Both the position numbers and the translations under genes were made by a program. 64,000 nt of DNA from an uncultured bacterium. GTDB taxonomy: Bacteria; Babelota; Babeliae; Babelales; Babelaceae. Every line of letters begins with the position of its first letter. The stretch's first letter is position 1. Location: positions 1,134,204 through 1,198,203 of the forward strand of contig OY970332.1 of NCBI GenBank assembly GCA_963717435.1. Direction: 5' to 3'. Of this stretch, positions 20,796-31,202 are shown piece after piece. Under the pieces are notes generated by a model. That model ran no database searches, was not told where the DNA came from, and saw only the letters and a list, made by a program, of their open reading frames with translations.

Positions 20796-22070
20796 TTATT
20801 TTAATTTGATTTTCATGAAAGAAGTGCCGGGATAATAGAATCTGAGAACCTGTTTGTAGCCCCAGCCATCTTTGACCATCTGACGAGCACCCCACTGACA
20901 AAGCCCCATAAGATGTCCGTAGCCCTGCCCATTAAAAGTGATTCGGTTCCCCCGTTTTACAACTTCAAAAAACAAACTTTTAACGTTTTTAAGAAGCTTG
21001 TAAATTTTTTTTCCAGTTAACACGATCTGAGTTGAATTTGAACCTGTAATTTTAATCTCTCTTACAATTCCGGCTTTGTCACGCTTTGTAATCTGAATAT
21101 CTTTTATATTCTTGAGATTCTTATATTCGGGCCCAAGAATTTTTAATAGATCATGGGTAGAATATTGCGCCGACCAGTTAAATATTTTTGTGTCTTTGCA
21201 GTGCGTACAGGCATATGCACGTGATAAATAAGGCGCATGTTTAAAATTAACTTGCCCAACACTGTCAGCTGTTATAATGCCACCACAACAACAGTCGTAC
21301 ATGGCGTTAATCGGGCTGCCCTCGTAAGTTAAAACTACAGATTTTGTGTTCTCTACGGCTTCGGTAAAATTAGAAAATGTATGATACCCGCGATATGTTT
21401 GATGATGATTTGTAGCTTTCACATCAAACTGTTTTTTTGTTTTGCTTTTTCGTGCATCAATAATTTTAGAGACAACATAAGTTCTGCACATGATTGCAAA
21501 AACTTCGTTGATATCTACTGGCCATCCGGGCCAACTTTCGCCATATAACACCGAAGAGACGTAAGATTCAAGATCCACAAAATTAATAAGATAAAATTTA
21601 TTTTCTGATTTAATTAAAACAAAATTGCCGTTATAAACCACTCCGTCAAGAATTAAATTGGGCGAAGCAATATTTTGTCCGGGAATATTTTGCTCAAGAT
21701 TTTTAGGTTTTATAATTATATTATCTTTTAAAATCTTTTTGCCATTAATATAAAATTTACCAGATACAACAGTGATATTAAGCTCTTGTGAATCTATATC
21801 TCGGCTTTTTGTTCCTGGTGCAGATATAGTAAATCCGCCAGTATTTTCAATACCGATTTTCCAAGATATTTGTTCAGGACAAATCTCTTCTTTAAGCAAA
21901 ACTCTTACTGTAATTTTTTTTGTTTCTTGCTCAGTAGTCTGGTCAGAAGTCTGGCCCGAGAAATTATCTTGGGGAACCAACAAATCTTGGGACCCATTAC
22001 CCGCCGATATATTTGCGATATTTACAAACAAACAAAAAATTAAAATTTTGGTTAAACTATTTTGATTCAT
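20796..22070 (-). CDS. SpoIID/LytB domain protein (lytic transglycosylase-like)
   Basis: LESYVSSVLYGE, HQTYRG, GQGYGHLMGLCQWGA, LRFYYPG. Confidence 0.9.
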   Translation of the reverse strand: MNQNSLTKILIFCLFVNIANISAGNGSQDLLVPQDNFSGQTSDQTTEQETKKITVRVLLKEEICPEQISWKIGIENTGGFTISAPGTKSRDIDSQELNITVVSGKFYINGKKILKDNIIIKPKNLEQNIPGQNIASPNLILDGVVYNGNFVLIKSENKFYLINFVDLESYVSSVLYGESWPGWPVDINEVFAIMCRTYVVSKIIDARKSKTKKQFDVKATNHHQTYRGYHTFSNFTEAVENTKSVVLTYEGSPINAMYDCCCGGIITADSVGQVNFKHAPYLSRAYACTHCKDTKIFNWSAQYSTHDLLKILGPEYKNLKNIKDIQITKRDKAGIVREIKITGSNSTQIVLTGKKIYKLLKNVKSLFFEVVKRGNRITFNGQGYGHLMGLCQWGARQMVKDGWGYKQVLRFYYPGTSFMKIKLK

Positions 22071-22518
22071 CTAAGCACCAATATTCAAGAAATTCTGGAG
22101 GTAGTGGCGCACGCTTATCGATTCCGTGATTGGCCAACTTATCGGCGATTTTATTGTGCTCCCGTAATACATGCAAAATTTGATAATTATAATCTTTTAG
22201 TAAATTAATAGCACAATCAAACATTTTTTTTAATTCAGAATTTTTAACAGAATAGATTCCAGATATTTGTCTTACCAACAGCTGTGAATCTGAAATAATT
22301 ACTAACTTGTCGCTTTTTTGCATATACTGCTTTGCATAAAAAATGGCCAAAAGAAAAGCCAAATATTCTGCTTGATTATTGGTTTTTACCCCAAGATAAA
22401 AGCCTTTTTGGACCAAAACAGTTTCATCTTTTATAAGATAAATACCGGCGCCAGAATGGCCCGGATTATTTCTGGATGCACCATCTATATACACTTTAAT
22501 TTCTGAATTTAAACTCAT
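22057..22518 (-). CDS. rnhA: Ribonuclease HI
   Basis: YIDGASRNNPG, TNNQAEY, SDSQLLV, REHNKIADKLAN; probable start MSLNSE at 22518. Confidence 0.92.
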   Translation of the reverse strand: MSLNSEIKVYIDGASRNNPGHSGAGIYLIKDETVLVQKGFYLGVKTNNQAEYLAFLLAIFYAKQYMQKSDKLVIISDSQLLVRQISGIYSVKNSELKKMFDCAINLLKDYNYQILHVLREHNKIADKLANHGIDKRAPLPPEFLEYWCLDESK

Positions 22519-23225
22519 GACTTTTTTTCTTCGATATATAATAATCTGTAGCACTCTGGGCAGTTAATAAGCTTGTGATGTCTTAAACCATTAATGGTTG
22601 CAGCAGTAAGATCTGCAAAGCAGGCACTGCAAGAGTTGCCAATAACTGGAACAACTGGATTATTAACACTTTCTCGCATTTTTTTATATTTTTGAACCCA
22701 CTCTTCTGGTAATATACCAAGCGCCAATTCCCATTCAGTTTTGACTTTATCAGCCTCTTTTTCAAGAAGATCGATCATAGCCTGTTTTTCTTGAATAGAA
22801 TTAGTAGTTAAGCTCTTAAATTTTTCAAAATCAGCTTTTTTTACTTGAACAAGTTTGGAAAGATTATCGATTTCACCGTACCAAGATAAAATATTATTTT
22901 CTATTGTATCTTTGGATTTTACTATTATATCGATTTCGTGGGTTAAAGACTCATATTGCTTTGGATTTTGAGTATTTGCAAGATTACGCTTCTTTTTAGA
23001 TTCTTGCTCGTCGAGTGAGCGCAATTCAAGTTGGGACTCGTCGAACCTTTTTCTGAGATTAACCAGCATCTGCTGGGCCAATGCCAGATCTTTGGACGCA
23101 TCTTCAAGCTTTTTATTTAATTCTTCGATTTCGGTTTTGAGTAACTCTATCTTAGAACTGTCTAGGATTAGCTGCTGGTCGAGTTTGGCCAGCCCAATAA
23201 ACTGATAATAGGGATTGTTGCTCAT
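22515..23225 (-). CDS. Coiled-coil protein with C4 zinc ribbon (DUF164-like)
   Basis: Long coiled coil then CSAC...CPECYRLL; upstream of rnhA; probable start MSNNPY. Confidence 0.85.
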   Translation of the reverse strand: MSNNPYYQFIGLAKLDQQLILDSSKIELLKTEIEELNKKLEDASKDLALAQQMLVNLRKRFDESQLELRSLDEQESKKKRNLANTQNPKQYESLTHEIDIIVKSKDTIENNILSWYGEIDNLSKLVQVKKADFEKFKSLTTNSIQEKQAMIDLLEKEADKVKTEWELALGILPEEWVQKYKKMRESVNNPVVPVIGNSCSACFADLTAATINGLRHHKLINCPECYRLLYIEEKKS

Positions 23226-23243
23226 TGAATTTCCTTGTATTCT

Positions 23244-23318
23244 TGGTGGGCCCACCAGGGATCGAACCTGGGACCTCTCGGTTATGAGCCGATTGCTCTG
23301 CCGCTGAGCTATAGGCCC
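23244..23318 (-). tRNA. tRNA with CAT anticodon (probably Ile2/lysidine; elongator Met not excluded)
   Basis: GGGCCTA/TGGGCCC acceptor stem, CGGCTCATAACCG anticodon arm, encoded CCA. Confidence 0.88.
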
Positions 23319-23511
23319 CCTATTTACAAAGCACTAGTACATATTAATGAAAAAATGGAATAATGTGAAGCAGAAACTGTAAATTACTGCAAATTATTGA
23401 TATTTTTAGTACAATTCATGCTAAAATCAAAAAAATTATATAAAATCTAGATCTTGAAATTATACTTGGAATTATATCTGTTAACTGTATTAATTTAATT
23501 AGAGGCACACT

Positions 23512-23868
23512 ATGCGGTTTTTAAATAAAATACTAAAAATTGGCTTAATATTTGCTGTTAACACATTTAACCCATCTTGGGGCATGCAAGAAGTCGAACA
23601 AGAAGCTAGCAACAAAAAATTTCAAGAAATAGTTATAGCTTTACTTGATAGCTCTCTCCCCAACCCTATCGACCAAGCCGAAGATCTATCCCACGAACAA
23701 CACAAAACAGTATGTTGGGTATGCTTTAACAGTATAGCCCAAAACCAATTGGCAAAGTTAAGCTGCGGGCACAGCGCTTATCACCAAGATTGTGTAGAAA
23801 AGATTACCGTACACATGGCCTGTCCCATATGTTTGAAGCCACAAATAAATTTAATTAAAGCTAACTAA
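23512..23868 (+). CDS. Secreted RING-finger protein (candidate E3 ligase effector)
   Basis: Signal peptide; CWVC-x13-CGH-SAY-HQDC-x9-CPIC RING-H2-like spacing. Confidence 0.85.
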   Translation: MRFLNKILKIGLIFAVNTFNPSWGMQEVEQEASNKKFQEIVIALLDSSLPNPIDQAEDLSHEQHKTVCWVCFNSIAQNQLAKLSCGHSAYHQDCVEKITVHMACPICLKPQINLIKAN

Positions 23869-23891
23869 CAAAACAAATAAGTAAATAAACA

Positions 23892-23928
23892 AAAAGAGTG
23901 TAATTAAAATTTTTAATTACACTCTTTT
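23892..23928. terminator. Perfect 18-bp inverted repeat between convergent genes (bidirectional terminator)
   Basis: AAAAGAGTGTAATTAAAA-T-TTTTAATTACACTCTTTT. Confidence 0.7.
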
Positions 23929-23947
23929 GTTTTAATTAAGTTCTGAA

Positions 23948-24175
23948 TTACTTAACGTCTTCAGGTCCAGCTTCTTCAGTTGCAGATGCTGGCATTTCAG
24001 ATTCAGTAACTTGTTCTGTTTCAACAACTTCAACAGGTGCAGCTTCTTGAGCTTGTTCTGTTTTGCATTCACCTGACCAACAAATTCCAAGTTTATCTCT
24101 AAATACATAAACACCAACTAAAACTGCTGCTGCCAAAACCACCCAAAGAATAATTGAATTATTATCTCTTTTCAT
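23948..24175 (-). CDS. Small single-TM protein with acidic tail
   Basis: AGGAG RBS; TM IILWVVLAAAVLVGVYVF; Glu-rich C-terminus. Confidence 0.75.
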   Translation of the reverse strand: MKRDNNSIILWVVLAAAVLVGVYVFRDKLGICWSGECKTEQAQEAAPVEVVETEQVTESEMPASATEEAGPEDVK

Positions 24176-24258
24176 AAATACTCCTAAAATAATTATATTA
24201 AAAAATATCCTAAAATTTTAATCAGCATATCAATTAAGAACAAATCTTACCAGAATAT

Positions 24259-24396
24259 TTAGCTATTTTGCGTTTCTAAATTTTGAACAGTTGATGAACT
24301 AAAGCAGTCTGCCACTTTTGATCTATAAACAAATAGAGCGCCCAATAGAGCCATTGCAAAAAGCGTCCATATTAAAACAGAATTATTAATTTTCAT
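24259..24396 (-). CDS. 45-aa single-TM paralog of the downstream gene (not in ORF track)
   Basis: MKINNSVLIWTLFAMALLGALFVYRSKVADCFSS aligns with MKRDNNSIILWVVLAAAVLVGVYVFRDKLGICWSG. Confidence 0.65.
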   Translation of the reverse strand: MKINNSVLIWTLFAMALLGALFVYRSKVADCFSSSTVQNLETQNS

Positions 24397-24466
24397 AAAA
24401 ATACTCTCTATTCAAAAATATAAAAAACTACTTAAAAATAAAAACTAGTTAGAAGTTAAATAATTG

Positions 24467-25486
24467 TTAAATTTTAAGCAAGAAATCTTTTAATCTTTCA
24501 GAATAACCCCACTCGTTGTCATACCAGCCAAATATACGAGCATTACGACTGCCAACAACCTGCGTAAGTGGCGCATCGATAGTAACAGAATGGCTGTTTA
24601 ATTTATAGTCGCTAGAAACCAATTGTTCATAAGAAATATCTATTATGTTATAAAAACTACTATTTTTATCTTTTGAAAGTTTTTCAAAAGTGTCGTTAAT
24701 TAATTTTACAGTAACATCTTTTTTTGTAGTCACCGTTAAATCTATTAACGAAACAGTTGCAACCGGAACTCTTAAAGAACATCCTGAGATTTTATTTTTT
24801 AATTCTGGAATAACTTTTTCAATCAGGGCCATTGCTCCAGTAGTGGTTGGGACAATGTTAAGAGCAGCAGCCCGGCCACGTCGCAGATCGTTGCTGGTTG
24901 CGTCTACGTCTAATAAGACTTGCGTATTTGTATATGCATGAACCGTTGTCATGCCTGCAATTTCAACAGCAAAATTATCAACAACAACTTTGAGCATAGA
25001 AGTGAGAGCGTTAGTTGTGCAGCTTCCAAGAGAAATTATATTGTGTTTATCTTTATCATAGAGTTCAAAATTTGTACCAGGTATTATCGTCACATCTTCG
25101 CCATGGGCCGGCGCAGTTATTAAAACTTTTTTTGCTCCAGCTTTGATATGCTTTTCAGCTAATTCGCGCTTTGTAAATCTCCCAGATGCATCTACAACAA
25201 AATCTATATTATATTTTTTCCAATCAAGTTTATCTGGATCTGCGATAGATATTACTGGAATTTTTAAGTTATCTATAACTAAATTCTTATTTTCATAAGA
25301 GACTTTGCCGTTATAAGTACCCATTATTGTGTCATACTTAAAACCATGCGCAACAGCAACGGGATCTGCGGGCCCAATATTAATTACGGCAACTTTAATT
25401 TTTTCAAGCGCACTTTTGTCTTCAAGCAATACGCGCAAGAAATTTTTTCCAATTCTACCGAAACCATTTATAGCTATAGATAGCAT
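24467..25486 (-). CDS. gap: Glyceraldehyde-3-phosphate dehydrogenase (type I)
   Basis: INGFGRIG, SCTTN, TTVHAYT, WYDNEWGYS. Confidence 0.96.
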   Translation of the reverse strand: MLSIAINGFGRIGKNFLRVLLEDKSALEKIKVAVINIGPADPVAVAHGFKYDTIMGTYNGKVSYENKNLVIDNLKIPVISIADPDKLDWKKYNIDFVVDASGRFTKRELAEKHIKAGAKKVLITAPAHGEDVTIIPGTNFELYDKDKHNIISLGSCTTNALTSMLKVVVDNFAVEIAGMTTVHAYTNTQVLLDVDATSNDLRRGRAAALNIVPTTTGAMALIEKVIPELKNKISGCSLRVPVATVSLIDLTVTTKKDVTVKLINDTFEKLSKDKNSSFYNIIDISYEQLVSSDYKLNSHSVTIDAPLTQVVGSRNARIFGWYDNEWGYSERLKDFLLKI

Positions 25487-25510
25487 GCTCTCTCCAAAAA
25501 ATTTAAAATA

Positions 25511-26320
25511 TTAATAATTTAGCCATGACCTAACTAAATCAAGTTGCAAAATTTCTTGCTTGGGGTCAACATCCGGAAGCTCAAGTATCACCGGCACATT
25601 TTTTAAAAACTCATGTTGAATAAATCTCTGTAAGTTTTTAAGACCTATATTACCGGCTCCAAGTTCAACGTGTGTGTCTATTTTTTCACCAAGCTGGCTA
25701 CCAGAATCGTTTAAGTGAATAAGCTTAATAGAATTTTCGGGCAAAGTTTTTAGTAGATCAATAAAACTGTCATTAATCTCGTAGCCAAAAGAGTAAGCAT
25801 GTGCCGTGTCGATACAGATCTTAATCTTTTCTGGATAATCGAGATTTTTGTAAACCAGATTTAGCTCTTCAATATTACTTGCAAAAGAGTTTCTGCCAAA
25901 AGCAGTATTTTCAAGATAGAAAATCAAATTGGGGTTCTTTCTTGAAAGATAGTTTAAGAGTCTTGCGATATTACCAGCAGATTTTTCAACAGAATTTTGA
26001 AATAGCCCGCCCGAGTGAAAAATAATATCGGTAAGCTCAAAATCTTGCATTCGACGCAGTTCATGCTTTAAAACTGGCTGGGTTGAAAAATTGCCGTAAG
26101 TAAGATTTATTATATAAGGCGCGTGAATAAATATCTTATCAAATTTGTCTTTATAAGAGTTAATAAATCTTCTTTTAAAAGCCGCATCAAATTCAGATTT
26201 ATTATTTCCAGCTTTGTTAATAAAAAAAGACTGAAAAATATTTAAGTTTCGTGAACTTGCAGATTTAAGAACGTTTTCAAAGCAGTCGAAATTTTTTATG
26301 TGTGGTCCAACTAAATTCAT
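25511..26320 (-). CDS. nfo: Endonuclease IV (AP endonuclease family 2)
   Basis: HAPYIINL, LENTA, CIDTAHA, IHLNDS, DTH, ILE. Confidence 0.9.
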   Translation of the reverse strand: MNLVGPHIKNFDCFENVLKSASSRNLNIFQSFFINKAGNNKSEFDAAFKRRFINSYKDKFDKIFIHAPYIINLTYGNFSTQPVLKHELRRMQDFELTDIIFHSGGLFQNSVEKSAGNIARLLNYLSRKNPNLIFYLENTAFGRNSFASNIEELNLVYKNLDYPEKIKICIDTAHAYSFGYEINDSFIDLLKTLPENSIKLIHLNDSGSQLGEKIDTHVELGAGNIGLKNLQRFIQHEFLKNVPVILELPDVDPKQEILQLDLVRSWLNY

Positions 26321-26337
26321 AATTTTTTTATACTCAA

Positions 26338-27750
26338 TTAAAAAAAGTTCTCTAAATTTGAGCTACTTATATGTTTTTTCAACTGATCATAAAAATCTGT
26401 TTTTATGCGCTCAAGCCCATCAGAAGTATCTGATTCAAACCTAAAGCAGATAGCAGATTGCGTATTTGAGCCCCGCACAAGACCACGGCCATATGGAGTT
26501 GTAACCAAAACGCCATCAAGCGTGAGTATTTCAGAATCTGGCAGGCTATTGCAATAAAATTTTATGTCGTCGATAATTTTTTCTTTAATCTCCTGCGCGC
26601 AATCGATTCTGATTTCAGCTGTTGTGTAATTCTCGGGAATAACTTGCAAATGCTCTTCAAGAGTTTTATTAGATTCCTGTAAAATTTCAAACAATCTTAG
26701 AGCCGCGTAAATACCGTCATCATAGCCAAAGTATCTATCTGCAAAGAAAAAGTGACAACTAAGTTCGCCGCCCAAAACTGCAGATTCTTTGCGCATATAG
26801 TGCTTAATGATCGAATGTCCGGATGGGGCCATAATCGCGTTTGCTCCCCAGCTACGCATCAGTCGCGCAACAACCTGGGAGCATTTAATATCAAAAACGA
26901 TATTAGATTTGCCAAATTTGCGCAAAATAGACTGGGCGAAAATAGCAAGAAGTTTATCACCTGGTATTAAATATCCATCTTTTGTCATCGCGGCCATTCT
27001 GTCTCCATCACCATCAAAGCCGATACCAAACTTATAATCTGACACGGCAAGCATATCTTTTAAATCTTGCATATTTTCAACAATAACCGGATCCGCTTCA
27101 TGATTTGGATAATTTCCATCGACTTTTTCATATAATAAACCAACAGATTTTAGACCCATTTTGTTAATAAGTCTTGGCCAAACTGCACCCGTCGCCCCAT
27201 TAGCGCAATCGACCAATACCGATATTTTTTTGCCACAAAGATTTTTGAAGTTTTGTGCCATCCAGTTTATATAGATTTCTACGCCGTCAATTTCTGAATA
27301 ATTGCCGCTAATATTATTTTTTACAGAATTTAATTTTTCAAAATTACCAGATTTAAATATATCTTTGATTTTTACGAGTTCTTGGCCCCAAACTGTGTTT
27401 TTTAATAAACAAATTTTAAAGCCATTATAATCTTTGCCATTATGGGAAGCCGTTATCATAACACCAGCATCTACGTCCAAATTATGCTGAGAAAAATAGA
27501 GAACCGGCGTTGGACATATTCCCAAGTAAACAACATCAAATCCTGAATCTAGAAAACCCCGACAAAGTTCTGCTTTGATCTGATTTGAATGTAACCTGCC
27601 ATCAACTGCTACTGCGATTTTTTTTGTCCCAGGAGCAGTCTGAGTAAAATATGTCGCTATGCTTTGAGCGAGTTCATAAACACGCTCAATTAATAGTTCA
27701 GATCCAACTCGCCCTCTTATATCGTAAAGTCTAAAAATAGAATCTTGCAT
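26338..27750 (-). CDS. Phosphomannomutase/phosphoglucomutase
   Basis: FRLYDIRG, ITASHN, FDGDGDR, GELSCHFF; probable start MQDSIF. Confidence 0.93.
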   Translation of the reverse strand: MQDSIFRLYDIRGRVGSELLIERVYELAQSIATYFTQTAPGTKKIAVAVDGRLHSNQIKAELCRGFLDSGFDVVYLGICPTPVLYFSQHNLDVDAGVMITASHNGKDYNGFKICLLKNTVWGQELVKIKDIFKSGNFEKLNSVKNNISGNYSEIDGVEIYINWMAQNFKNLCGKKISVLVDCANGATGAVWPRLINKMGLKSVGLLYEKVDGNYPNHEADPVIVENMQDLKDMLAVSDYKFGIGFDGDGDRMAAMTKDGYLIPGDKLLAIFAQSILRKFGKSNIVFDIKCSQVVARLMRSWGANAIMAPSGHSIIKHYMRKESAVLGGELSCHFFFADRYFGYDDGIYAALRLFEILQESNKTLEEHLQVIPENYTTAEIRIDCAQEIKEKIIDDIKFYCNSLPDSEILTLDGVLVTTPYGRGLVRGSNTQSAICFRFESDTSDGLERIKTDFYDQLKKHISSSNLENFF

Positions 27751-27935
27751 ATTACACCCTTTAATGAATTTTAAGTAATATACACCAAATTTTACAAACA
27801 AGTTAATTGTATTTTGTTCCCGTTAAGTATTAGTGTAGAAAAAAATATCTAGATACGGGCGAAATTATTGTATTTTAAAAAGTTTTATTTAAACTTGCTG
27901 GTAAGTGAAAAACAAATACAACAAAAATTATTTTT

Positions 27936-30644
27936 ATGATCCCATTAAATTTACAGATAAAAAATTTTTTAAGTTACGGCGCGTTGCAAAAAATAGATTT
28001 TGAGCCGTACAGTCTAATTTGCTTATCGGGTCGCAATGGTCATGGAAAATCTGCGCTTTTAGATGCAATAACCTGGTCAGTCTGGGGGCAGGCAAGAAAA
28101 ATAAGTAATACAAGCAAAGCCGACGAAGGGCTACTTCGTCTTGGACAGTCCCAAATGTTTGTTGCCATAGATTTTAAAGTTAATGGTCAAAAATATAGAA
28201 TTAAACGTGAATTTACATTATTAAATCAAAAACCAACTACAAATTTAGATTTTGCAGTTTGGGAAAATTCCACTCAGCAATATAGATCTCTTACTGATAA
28301 AACTATTAGGGCCACGCAAGAAAAAATAGAGCAGGTTATTGGGCTCACTTTCGATTCTTTTATTAATTCGGCTTTCTTAAAACAGGGCCAATCTAACGAA
28401 TTTTCAAAAAAATCTCCCAAAGAGCGCAAAGAGATACTGGCAACTATTTTGGGACTCACAAAATACGAATCTATGAGAAAGCTTGCGGCAGAAAAATCTA
28501 AAGAAGGTATAGTATCCAAGCAGCATTTGGTTAATTTGCAGGCCCATTTAGAAGCAGAAATAAAAAATAAAGAAGCTGTAAAACTACAACTTAATGAGCT
28601 TGAATCTAAAATAAATAGCTTTCTGGATCTTGAGGCTAAAATAAAAAATAGTCTCAAAAAAATCTCAGAAGAGAAAAAAAATCTGGAACTTGAAAAAGAC
28701 AAAATTAAAATTTCAAAATTTAAGCTGGATCAAGCAACTGGGCAGATAAACCAAGACTCAAATAATCTTAATAATATATTTATTTTATGGCGCAAAGCTA
28801 ATATAAAGCTAAAATCTGGAAATAGTTTAAATATAAAGCAAGAGCTTGAGATGCTCGAATCAGAAGCTGTTTTGCTAAAAACAAGTGAGCAAGAAAAAAT
28901 AGAACTTCAAGAAAACTATTTTAAGCAAAAAGAGCTTGCGCAAAATTTTTTACAAAATTTAAATCAGCAAAAAAACAGTGAACTAGAAGCGCTAAGAATC
29001 GAGCTCAAGTCTACAGAGTTTGAACTTTCTGGGAATAGTAATAAGTTAAAAGATTTTGAAGAGCATTTTAATAAAAAAAATCTTGAACTTATAGACCTAA
29101 ATAATAAAAACTTAGATTTAAAAAAACAGCTTGAAAGCTTAGAAAAATTAGAAAAAAGCTTACTTAGCGAAGAAGTTGTTTTTGAAAAGCGAAAAAACTT
29201 TTATCAAAAATATGTTGTTGTTGGGAACAAAATAAGTTCAGAAGCAAAAAGCTGCGATCAAAAAATAAATCTGGTTGGCAACACTGACAAACCCGCATGT
29301 CCGCTATGCAAACAGGATATAACCCATGAACAGAAAACTAATCTTGCTGCGCAGTTTGCAAAAGATAAATCGCTATATAATCATCAAGTAAATAGAGTTG
29401 GCAAAATATTAAAAAACTTAAAGCAAATAATTTTAGATCAGCATGCGCATATTGAAACAATCAAAAAAAATATAGAAAAATTAAAATCAGCTAAATCTAT
29501 ATCTGACCAGATAGAAATTAATATTTCCAAGCTAAAAACAGAACAAACAGAGCTTGAGATTAATATTAAATTAACGCAAGAAAATATTAAGACTTTAAAA
29601 GCAAATTGGGATAAAAATAGTGCAAAGCTCCAACTTTTAACCAGAAACTTGAATAATCACGAAAATCCAGAGTATAAGCAAATTTTAGATATCACAGGCA
29701 AGCTAGAAGAAAAAATAAAACTTATAGACATAAAAATTACTAGATATAAAAAAGTTTTAGAACAACTTGAAAACTTAAAAAGTCTGCAAAATATTAGTAA
29801 TAATTTAGAGCAAGAGATTATAGTCCAAGAAAACAGAAAACTCGAGATTAAAAATTTAATAGCAAAGCTCAAAAAACTAAAACAAGAGAAAAACCTATTA
29901 GAATCAGAGCTTAAATTAGAACAAAAAATAAAAACTATAGAAACAGAATTTCAGGATCAAGAGATCAAGCTTAATCTAGAACTTTCAACTATTCTAAAAG
30001 AGAGAGAGTCTATATTGCAACTCAGGGGCGCGCTTGAGCAGCAACAAAAAAATATTTTAAAACTAGAAACTGAATTTTTCTCCAACGAACAAAAAATAAA
30101 AGATATAACTTCAAATATAGAACAGTACCAGGCGCTGGCAACTGCTTTAAGCAAAGATGGGATCCAAGCTCTGTTAATAGAAGATGCGATACCTGAAATC
30201 GAACAAGAGGCAAATAATTTACTCTCAAAACTAACAGACAATCAGGCGCAGCTATTTATAGAATCTTTAAGAGATTTAAAAAGTGGTGGAACAAAAGAGA
30301 CTTTAGATATCAAAATTTCAGACCCATCGGGCATACGCCCCTATGAACTTTTTTCTGGAGGTGAAGCATTTAGGATAGATTTTGCGCTACGCATTGCGAT
30401 CTCAAAACTTCTCGCGCGCCGTGCAGGCACCGCGCTAGAAACCCTAATAATTGACGAGGGTTTCGGCTCTCAAGATGAAGAGGGGCTCTCAAATATCATG
30501 GACACAATACACAAAATTCAAGAAGATTTTGCAAAAGTAATTATCGTCTCACATTTGCCTTCAATGAAAGATCAGTTTCCTGTACACTTTGTAATTCAAA
30601 AGGGAGCCGATGGCAGCAGTGTTAAAGTTATGGAAAACGGTTAA
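27936..30644 (+). CDS. sbcC: SbcC/Rad50-like SMC ATPase
   Basis: GRNGHGKS Walker A, central CPLC zinc hook, FSGGE signature, IIDEGFG. Confidence 0.92.
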   Translation: MIPLNLQIKNFLSYGALQKIDFEPYSLICLSGRNGHGKSALLDAITWSVWGQARKISNTSKADEGLLRLGQSQMFVAIDFKVNGQKYRIKREFTLLNQKPTTNLDFAVWENSTQQYRSLTDKTIRATQEKIEQVIGLTFDSFINSAFLKQGQSNEFSKKSPKERKEILATILGLTKYESMRKLAAEKSKEGIVSKQHLVNLQAHLEAEIKNKEAVKLQLNELESKINSFLDLEAKIKNSLKKISEEKKNLELEKDKIKISKFKLDQATGQINQDSNNLNNIFILWRKANIKLKSGNSLNIKQELEMLESEAVLLKTSEQEKIELQENYFKQKELAQNFLQNLNQQKNSELEALRIELKSTEFELSGNSNKLKDFEEHFNKKNLELIDLNNKNLDLKKQLESLEKLEKSLLSEEVVFEKRKNFYQKYVVVGNKISSEAKSCDQKINLVGNTDKPACPLCKQDITHEQKTNLAAQFAKDKSLYNHQVNRVGKILKNLKQIILDQHAHIETIKKNIEKLKSAKSISDQIEINISKLKTEQTELEINIKLTQENIKTLKANWDKNSAKLQLLTRNLNNHENPEYKQILDITGKLEEKIKLIDIKITRYKKVLEQLENLKSLQNISNNLEQEIIVQENRKLEIKNLIAKLKKLKQEKNLLESELKLEQKIKTIETEFQDQEIKLNLELSTILKERESILQLRGALEQQQKNILKLETEFFSNEQKIKDITSNIEQYQALATALSKDGIQALLIEDAIPEIEQEANNLLSKLTDNQAQLFIESLRDLKSGGTKETLDIKISDPSGIRPYELFSGGEAFRIDFALRIAISKLLARRAGTALETLIIDEGFGSQDEEGLSNIMDTIHKIQEDFAKVIIVSHLPSMKDQFPVHFVIQKGADGSSVKVMENG

Positions 30645-30666
30645 TATTTTTAACTTTCAGAGGCTC

Positions 30667-31188
30667 ATGAAAAAATTAATTTTATTATTTTTATTAACAT
30701 CAAATGCAAAAACATTCACAGAAAAAGCTTTTATTAGTGAGATTACAAATCTTACGGAAAACTTAATATTTTTTAAAATTAATATAAATAACAAAATTTT
30801 ATTTATATCGCCAAAAGAAACTTTTAATGAAAATTTTGAGATACCTTATGAAACTTTTGATCACGATCAAGAAAACGGCTCTGGTAATTTGAGTGCAATA
30901 GGCATCCCGGAAAACTATTTTAACAAACCATCCGATTTCACTATTAGTACACCAAAACTAAATTCTTATAAAACAGAAAAAACAACTATTGATATTAATT
31001 TTTTCAAAGCAATAGCGTCAAAAACAGGCGAACATCAGTTTGGTTTTGTAAACACAAATTCAATTTTCCAAAAAATTCAAAACTCATGTTCAAAACAACA
31101 CTCTCATAACATTAGCATAAAAATAAGCTGGATTTCATTACATAACTGTTTTAAAATTGAAGCTAAATGTAAAAAAGATGCGAATTAA
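30667..31188 (+). CDS. Secreted hypothetical protein
   Basis: Signal MKKLILLFLL from ATG 30667 (GAGG RBS); ISEITNLT motif similar to neighbours. Confidence 0.65.
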   Translation: MKKLILLFLLTSNAKTFTEKAFISEITNLTENLIFFKININNKILFISPKETFNENFEIPYETFDHDQENGSGNLSAIGIPENYFNKPSDFTISTPKLNSYKTEKTTIDINFFKAIASKTGEHQFGFVNTNSIFQKIQNSCSKQHSHNISIKISWISLHNCFKIEAKCKKDAN

Positions 31189-31202
31189 TTTTTTGGAGCA
31201 AC

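Noticed and set aside
23226-23255. Extension of the zinc-ribbon ORF into the tRNA-CAT 3' end, superficially like the integrase overlap
   Set aside because: Artefact of longest-ORF calling; a better ATG with an AAGGA RBS lies at 23225
28274-30241. Antisense ORFs within sbcC (and similar short antisense ORFs throughout the window)
   Set aside because: Shadow frames of coiled-coil or biased coding sequence; no RBS or recognisable motifs
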